A stretch of 64,000 nucleotides of DNA, taken from the NCBI RefSeq assembly GCF_009914755.1, contig NC_060947.1. One strand, 5' to 3'. A program made the translations under genes and the position numbers. Source of the DNA: the human T2T-CHM13v2.0 reference genome, Homo sapiens. Below are positions 58,625-64,000 of the stretch, piece after piece. The notes beneath the pieces were generated by a model. It searched no databases, had not been told where the DNA came from, and saw nothing but the letters and a program-made list of their open reading frames with translations. The first letter of the stretch is position 1; each line of letters opens with the position of its first letter.

Positions 58625-61600
58625 AGCATCAGCAAGATGGCAGAGTAGGATGCTCCAGCAGTCATTCCCTTGCAGAAACATCAATTCGAAGATCCCTCCA
58701 TATACGAAATGACCTTTATAGGAGCTAAGGAAACCAAGTGAGAAATTACAGCTCCTGAGTGTAGCACAGAATTATGAAAAGATGCATTGATGAGGGCAGG
58801 AGGGACGGTCAGTTTTACATTGCCTATGTCACCCCTCCCCCAACACCAGGCAGTGTAGTGTGGAGAGAAAGAGGGCAATGGACACTGGACTTTGCCTTGG
58901 ACACCAGCAACAGGCTTGTCTCAGTAAAACACAATGCAGGGTAGGCCCCCACAGCTCCAGACTCCAGGTCAGTATCTATGGACTAAGCCTCTAAGCCCAC
59001 CTGTTCTAGCACCAGGCTGCATCCCACAGACCCGGGCTCCAGACTTATGCAGCAGACTTGGTCTCCAGGCTGCTTTACTGTCAGGACAACCTCAGGACCC
59101 TCAGGTTCTGGACTGTCCTCAATGTTGAGCTGACCTCAGTGGTCTTAAGCTCTCGGCTACCCCCAGCACCAGGCTGGCTCTTGCAGCCTTAGTCATCAGG
59201 CTACCATGTGTGGATACAGGTTCCAGGTCTGCTCAGTACCAGGCTAGCCCCTTTACCCCAGGTTCAAGTTAATACCTGCAGATACAGCCTGAAAGCCCAC
59301 CCTGGTATCAGGCAGGACCCTCTAGCCCCAAGCTCCAGGCCTCCCTAGTGCTAGGCCAACATCAGTAGCTCCAGGCTCTAGACTATCCCCAGCCCCAGAC
59401 AGGTCCTTGCAGTTTTAGGCTCCAGAGCCACCCCAGGGCAAGGCCACCCCTAGTGACACTAGGATCAGGATTGTCCCCAGCAATGGGCCAGTTCTCATGG
59501 CCATAGGCTTGGGGTCCACTCCTTAGCACCCTTAGCCTTTGACACTAGGCAGGAACTCAGAGACACAGGCTCTAGGCCTGCCCAGTGTTAGGCCAGTCCC
59601 TGTGGCCCCATGCCCCAGCAGACCCAGGGTCCAGGCCTGTCCCAGTAGACACCGCTAGTGGATTGACCTCAATGGACCCAGGCTCCAGGAACACCCATGT
59701 ATACCCAGGACCCAGGCTGGCCCCAGAACCCAGGCCAGTCCTTTCAGACTTAGCCTCTAGACAAGCACCTATATAGTCAGCCTCCAGCCAACACCAGCAG
59801 ACACAGGCTCCAGGCCTGTCTCCACAGCGCTAGGATCCTGGCCATTTCCAGTGGCTTCAGGTAACAGGCCAGTGCCATAATCCTAGGCTTCAGACCAGCC
59901 CCTACAGCACCAAGCTCCATGCTGGCCCCAGGCTCTAGAGAACCCGGAGTTCAGGCCCACTCCAGCAGACCCAGGGTCCATTCTCACCCCAATACTGGGA
60001 CAGAGCCTATGGACTGAGATGCTAAGACAACCCAGACCCAGGTTCCAGGCCCATCCCAGTGGTCCCAGGTGCCAAGCCTCTCTCAGCACCAGGCCAGTTC
60101 CTGTGGATTTAGGCTCCAGGTTCCAAATATAAAACCTAATGTTACACCTCAAGAAGCTAGGAAAAACAAACAAACAAACAAAAACTAAGCCCAAAGTTAG
60201 CAGAAAGAAGGAAATAATAAAGATCAGAGCACAAATAAATGAAATAGAAACCAGAAAAACAATATAAAAGATCAGTGAAAGTAAGAGTTGATTTTTGCGA
60301 AAAGATAACATAGATAAACCTTTAGCTAGACTCAGTTCTAAAAAAGAGAGAAGACAAATCAGAAATGAGGGAAGAGACATTACGAATGATACCACAGAAA
60401 TACTAAAATTCGTGAGACTACTGTGAACAATTATATGCCAACAAACTGGATAACCTAGAAAAAAACTGATAAATTGCTAGACACATACAACTTACCAAGA
60501 CTGAATTACAAAGAAATAGAAAATCTGAACAGAGCGCTAATGAATAAGGAGATTGAGTCACTTGTAAAAAGTCTGTCAAAGAAAAGCCGAGGACACGATG
60601 GCTTCACTGCTGAATTCTACCAAACATTTAAAAAAGGAGTAATACCAGTTCTTCTCAAACTCTTCAAAAACTGAACAGCAGACAATACTTTCAAATGTAT
60701 TTTACAAGGCCAGCATTACCATGATACAAAAGCCAGACAAGGATACAACAAGAAAAGAAAATTACAGGTCAGTATTCCTGATGAACTTAGATGCAAAAGT
60801 CTTCAACAAAATACTAGTAAACTGAACTCAACAGCACATTAAAATAATCGTTTACCCTGATCAGTGGGATTTATCCAAGGGATGGAAGGATGGTTCAAAA
60901 TATGCAGATCAATAAATGTGACATATGACATTAACAAAAGGAAGGACAAAAGCCATATGATCATGTCAATAGATGCAGAAAAGGCATTTGACAAAATTCA
61001 ACATCCTTTCATGATAAAAACTTCAAGAAATTAGTTATACAAGGAATATACCTAAACATGGTAAAGGCCATGTATAAGAATCCTACATTTAACATCATAC
61101 TCAATGGTGAAAAGCTAAAGCTAAAAGCTTTTCCTCTAAGACCAAGCACAAGACAAGGATGCCCACTCTTGCCATTTCTATTTAATATAGTACTGGAAGT
61201 CCTACCTAGAGCAATTAGGCAAGAGAAAGAAATAAAAGATATCTCAATTGAGAAGGAAGAAGTTCAATTGTCCTTATGCTATAATCTGGATGTATTTTTC
61301 CCCAAACCTCATATTGAAATTTGTTTCCCAATGTTGGAGGTGGGTCCTCATGGTAGATGTTTGGGTCACAGGGCCAGATCCCCCATGAATGGTTTGGTGC
61401 AGTCCTTACTATAATGAGTGAGTTTACACTCCATATTTCCTGCAAGAGTTGGTGGTTACAAAGAGCCTGGCACCTCCACTCTCTCTCTTGCTTCCTCTCT
61501 TGCCATGTATCTAGCCTTCCAGCCAGCTGAATCATGAGCCAAATAAACCTTTTTTCTTTATAAATTACCCAGTCTCAGATATTCCTTCATAACAACACAA

Positions 61601-62215
61601 AAGGACTAAGACCCTGTTTGAAACAACATGATCTTTATATACAGAAAACCCTAGACTACACAAAAATCTTTTAAAAGTAATAAATAAATTTAGTAAAGTT
61701 GAAGAATACAAAACCAGCATACAAAATCAGTGTTTCTATACACTAACAGTGAACTATCCAAAAAAATCAAGAAAATTATTTCTTTTAAAATAGCTACTAT
61801 AAAAAATACTTAGAAATAAATTTAGCCAAGTAAGTGAAAGATCTTCACACTGAAAACTTTAAAACAGGGATGAAATGGAAGACAGAAATTGAAAGCTATC
61901 CCATGGTTATGAATTGAGAGAATTCATATTATTAAAATGTCCGTACTACCCAAAACAGTCTACATATTCAGTGCAATCCCTATCAAAATTTCAATGACAC
62001 TTTCCCCAGAAACAGAAAAACAATCCTAAAATCCATATGCAACCAGAAGAGACTCCGAACAGCCAGAACAATATTGGCAAAAAGAAGAAAGCCAGAGGCA
62101 TCACATTGCATGATTTGAAAATCTATTCCAACGCTATAATAATAAAAAAGCTTGGCACTGGCATTAATACATACACACAGATTAAGGCAACAGAGTAGAG
62201 TCCAGAGTAAGTCCA
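58625..62215 (+). mobile_element. Old L1M: repeat-rich 5'UTR fused directly to ORF2 remnants
   Basis: gcaagatggcagagtagg start, degenerate ccaggctccagg units 58940-60120, ORF2 motifs [18 protein letters not shown] and TRQGCPL. Confidence 0.8.
61277..61612 (+). mobile_element. MST (MaLR) solo LTR in L1 ORF2
   Basis: tgctataatctggatgt ... aataaacc...aattacccagtctcag...ggactaagac. Confidence 0.85.
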
Positions 62216-63423
62216 CCAGACAAAATAGCTTTCAAGACAGAAATATAAGAAGAAAGAGAATATCACTGCATCCATCTGGATTTTCTCTAAGATAATTTCT
62301 ATTGGGTCAAAACTTCCCGTTTATTTGCATGTTTTATATTTTTGTGTTGTAAATGGGACATTTTAGATAATATATTGTAGCAACTCTGGTTTCCAATAGC
62401 ACCCTTCATCCCACCCCAGGCTTCTTGTTGTTGTTGTTTGTTCCCTTATTTGTTTAGTGACTTTCTTGGACTTACTCGGTGAAGTCTATTTGTAACATGG
62501 TATGAAGTCTCAGATATCCCTGCCTAGATACTTTTTTTCTGTTTTTATCTTTAGGCCTAGATTTCTAGGGATTGCCTCTGTGTCAGCATGCTTAGTGATC
62601 AGTGGTTGGCCAGAGGTTGTGATTAAGCATTTTAAACCAGCAAGGTGTTTACCCTTTACTGTTGATTCTGTTGGTAGCTTGGAGAGTGCTTTCACAGTTC
62701 AAGGAGCTTGAGGTTGCCTCATATTCAGCCAAGAACTAGATAATCATTTTTCTCTTCAAGCATTCCTCGGAGTATGCAGCCTTGGGTATGTGCCTAGTAT
62801 TCTGGGCCACTAGTGATGACTAGTATTTGTGGAGTTCTCTTTGTCTCTTTTTCTGATCTCCCCAATAACGGCTCTTGGCTTCTATTTATATCATACCAAA
62901 CTTTTAGTCTCCACTGATTGCTGTTAGTTCTGTTGTTTTTGATAACAATCCGGAGCATAAATTGCCCTGCAGTTTTATCCAGATAAAGTCTAGTTGCTTG
63001 GCAAAGTTAGAGTGTTGCCAGTTTTCACGCTTGATCCAGTTTTCCCCTGGGAAGAACCCCTGCCATATCTAACTGGGATACCACTTTTGCACCATAAAGT
63101 TGAGAGATATGCAAGATTCCACATGGGTGTTTTAACTCCTAGACCAGCTCTTCAGTCACACAGAGCTATGAGGGACTAGGGAACTGGACTTTTCGCCAGC
63201 AGCCGTCTTTTCTGAATCCTCTCTATGGGGCAGAAGCTTTGGCTGAGAAAGCAGCATATTTCCCAGTTTTCACCATCTGCCAAATCCATCTGGAATATCT
63301 CTTTTAGCTCGGGGAATTGGGAAAGATGAGAGTTGCCAGTCTGCTGGTGAGCTCTTTGAAATAGCTCTTTCAAAACAGAGCTCTGAATGGGTATGGGTAC
63401 AGACCATTGTTGTAAACTGAACT

Positions 63424-64000
63424 GTGTTAGGCCATTTGTGCATTGCTATAAAGAAATACCTGAGACTGGGTAATTTATAAGCAAAAGAGGTTTAATTGGC
63501 TCACGATTGTTTAGGCTTTACAGGAAGCATGGTGGCATCTGCTTCTGGGGAGGCCTCACAAAGCCTCCAATCATGGCAGACTACAAAAGGAGGAGCAGGC
63601 ATCTCCCATGACAAGAGAAAGGGCAAGAGAGAGAGACAGAGAGTATGTGGGGAGGGGAGGTTCCACACAGTTTTAAATGACCAGGTCTCGCAACAGCTCA
63701 CTCACTGTCATGAAGACAACACCAAGCCATAAGGGATCTGCCCCCATAATGCAAACACCTCCCACTAGGTCTCGCATTCAGCATTGGGGATTGTGATTCA
63801 ACATGAGATTTGGGCAGGGACAAATATCCAAATTACATCATTCCACCTCTGGCGCCTCCTAAATCTCATGTCCTTCCCACATTGCAAAATACAATCGTAC
63901 TTTCCCAACAGTCCCCAAAAGTCTTAACTCCTTCCAGTGTTAACTCAAAATTGCAAAGTCCAAAGTCTTATCTGAGACAAGGCAAGTCCCTTCCACCTAT
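63424..64000 (-). mobile_element. MSTA-like LTR (63424-63840) plus internal sequence running off the window
   Basis: tgtgttaggccatttgtgcattgctataaag...aaattacatca, then MaLR-internal ttccacctctggcgcctcctaaatctcatgtcc. Confidence 0.85.

Overview
This is human or great-ape genomic DNA, not microbial. It is very rich in L1, Alu and LTR repeats. The only intact protein-coding sequence I recognise is exon 1 of APOOL (MIC27; ATG GCG GCC ATC AGG|GTAAGC = MAAIR, 42381-42395, + strand). From memory that places the window on Xq21.1, and 42.4-64 kb is APOOL intron 1. The most interesting signal is upstream. Exon-like remnants on the + strand (16-16288) can be read in order as a disabled DH-PH (Dbl-family RhoGEF-like) gene, with an AluY inside a large exon, an LTR12 in its last intron and a 7-residue-repeat tail. 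A weaker series of splice-bounded exon remnants on the - strand (13-27 kb) may be a second dead gene. Other notable items are a perfect MADE1 hairpin with mirrored substitutions, a tail-less young L1 ORF2 fragment, a probable L1PB 3' transduction and a twin-primed L1. Repeat subfamily names and gene identities come from pattern recall, not database searches. I see no CRISPR, tRNA or rRNA.
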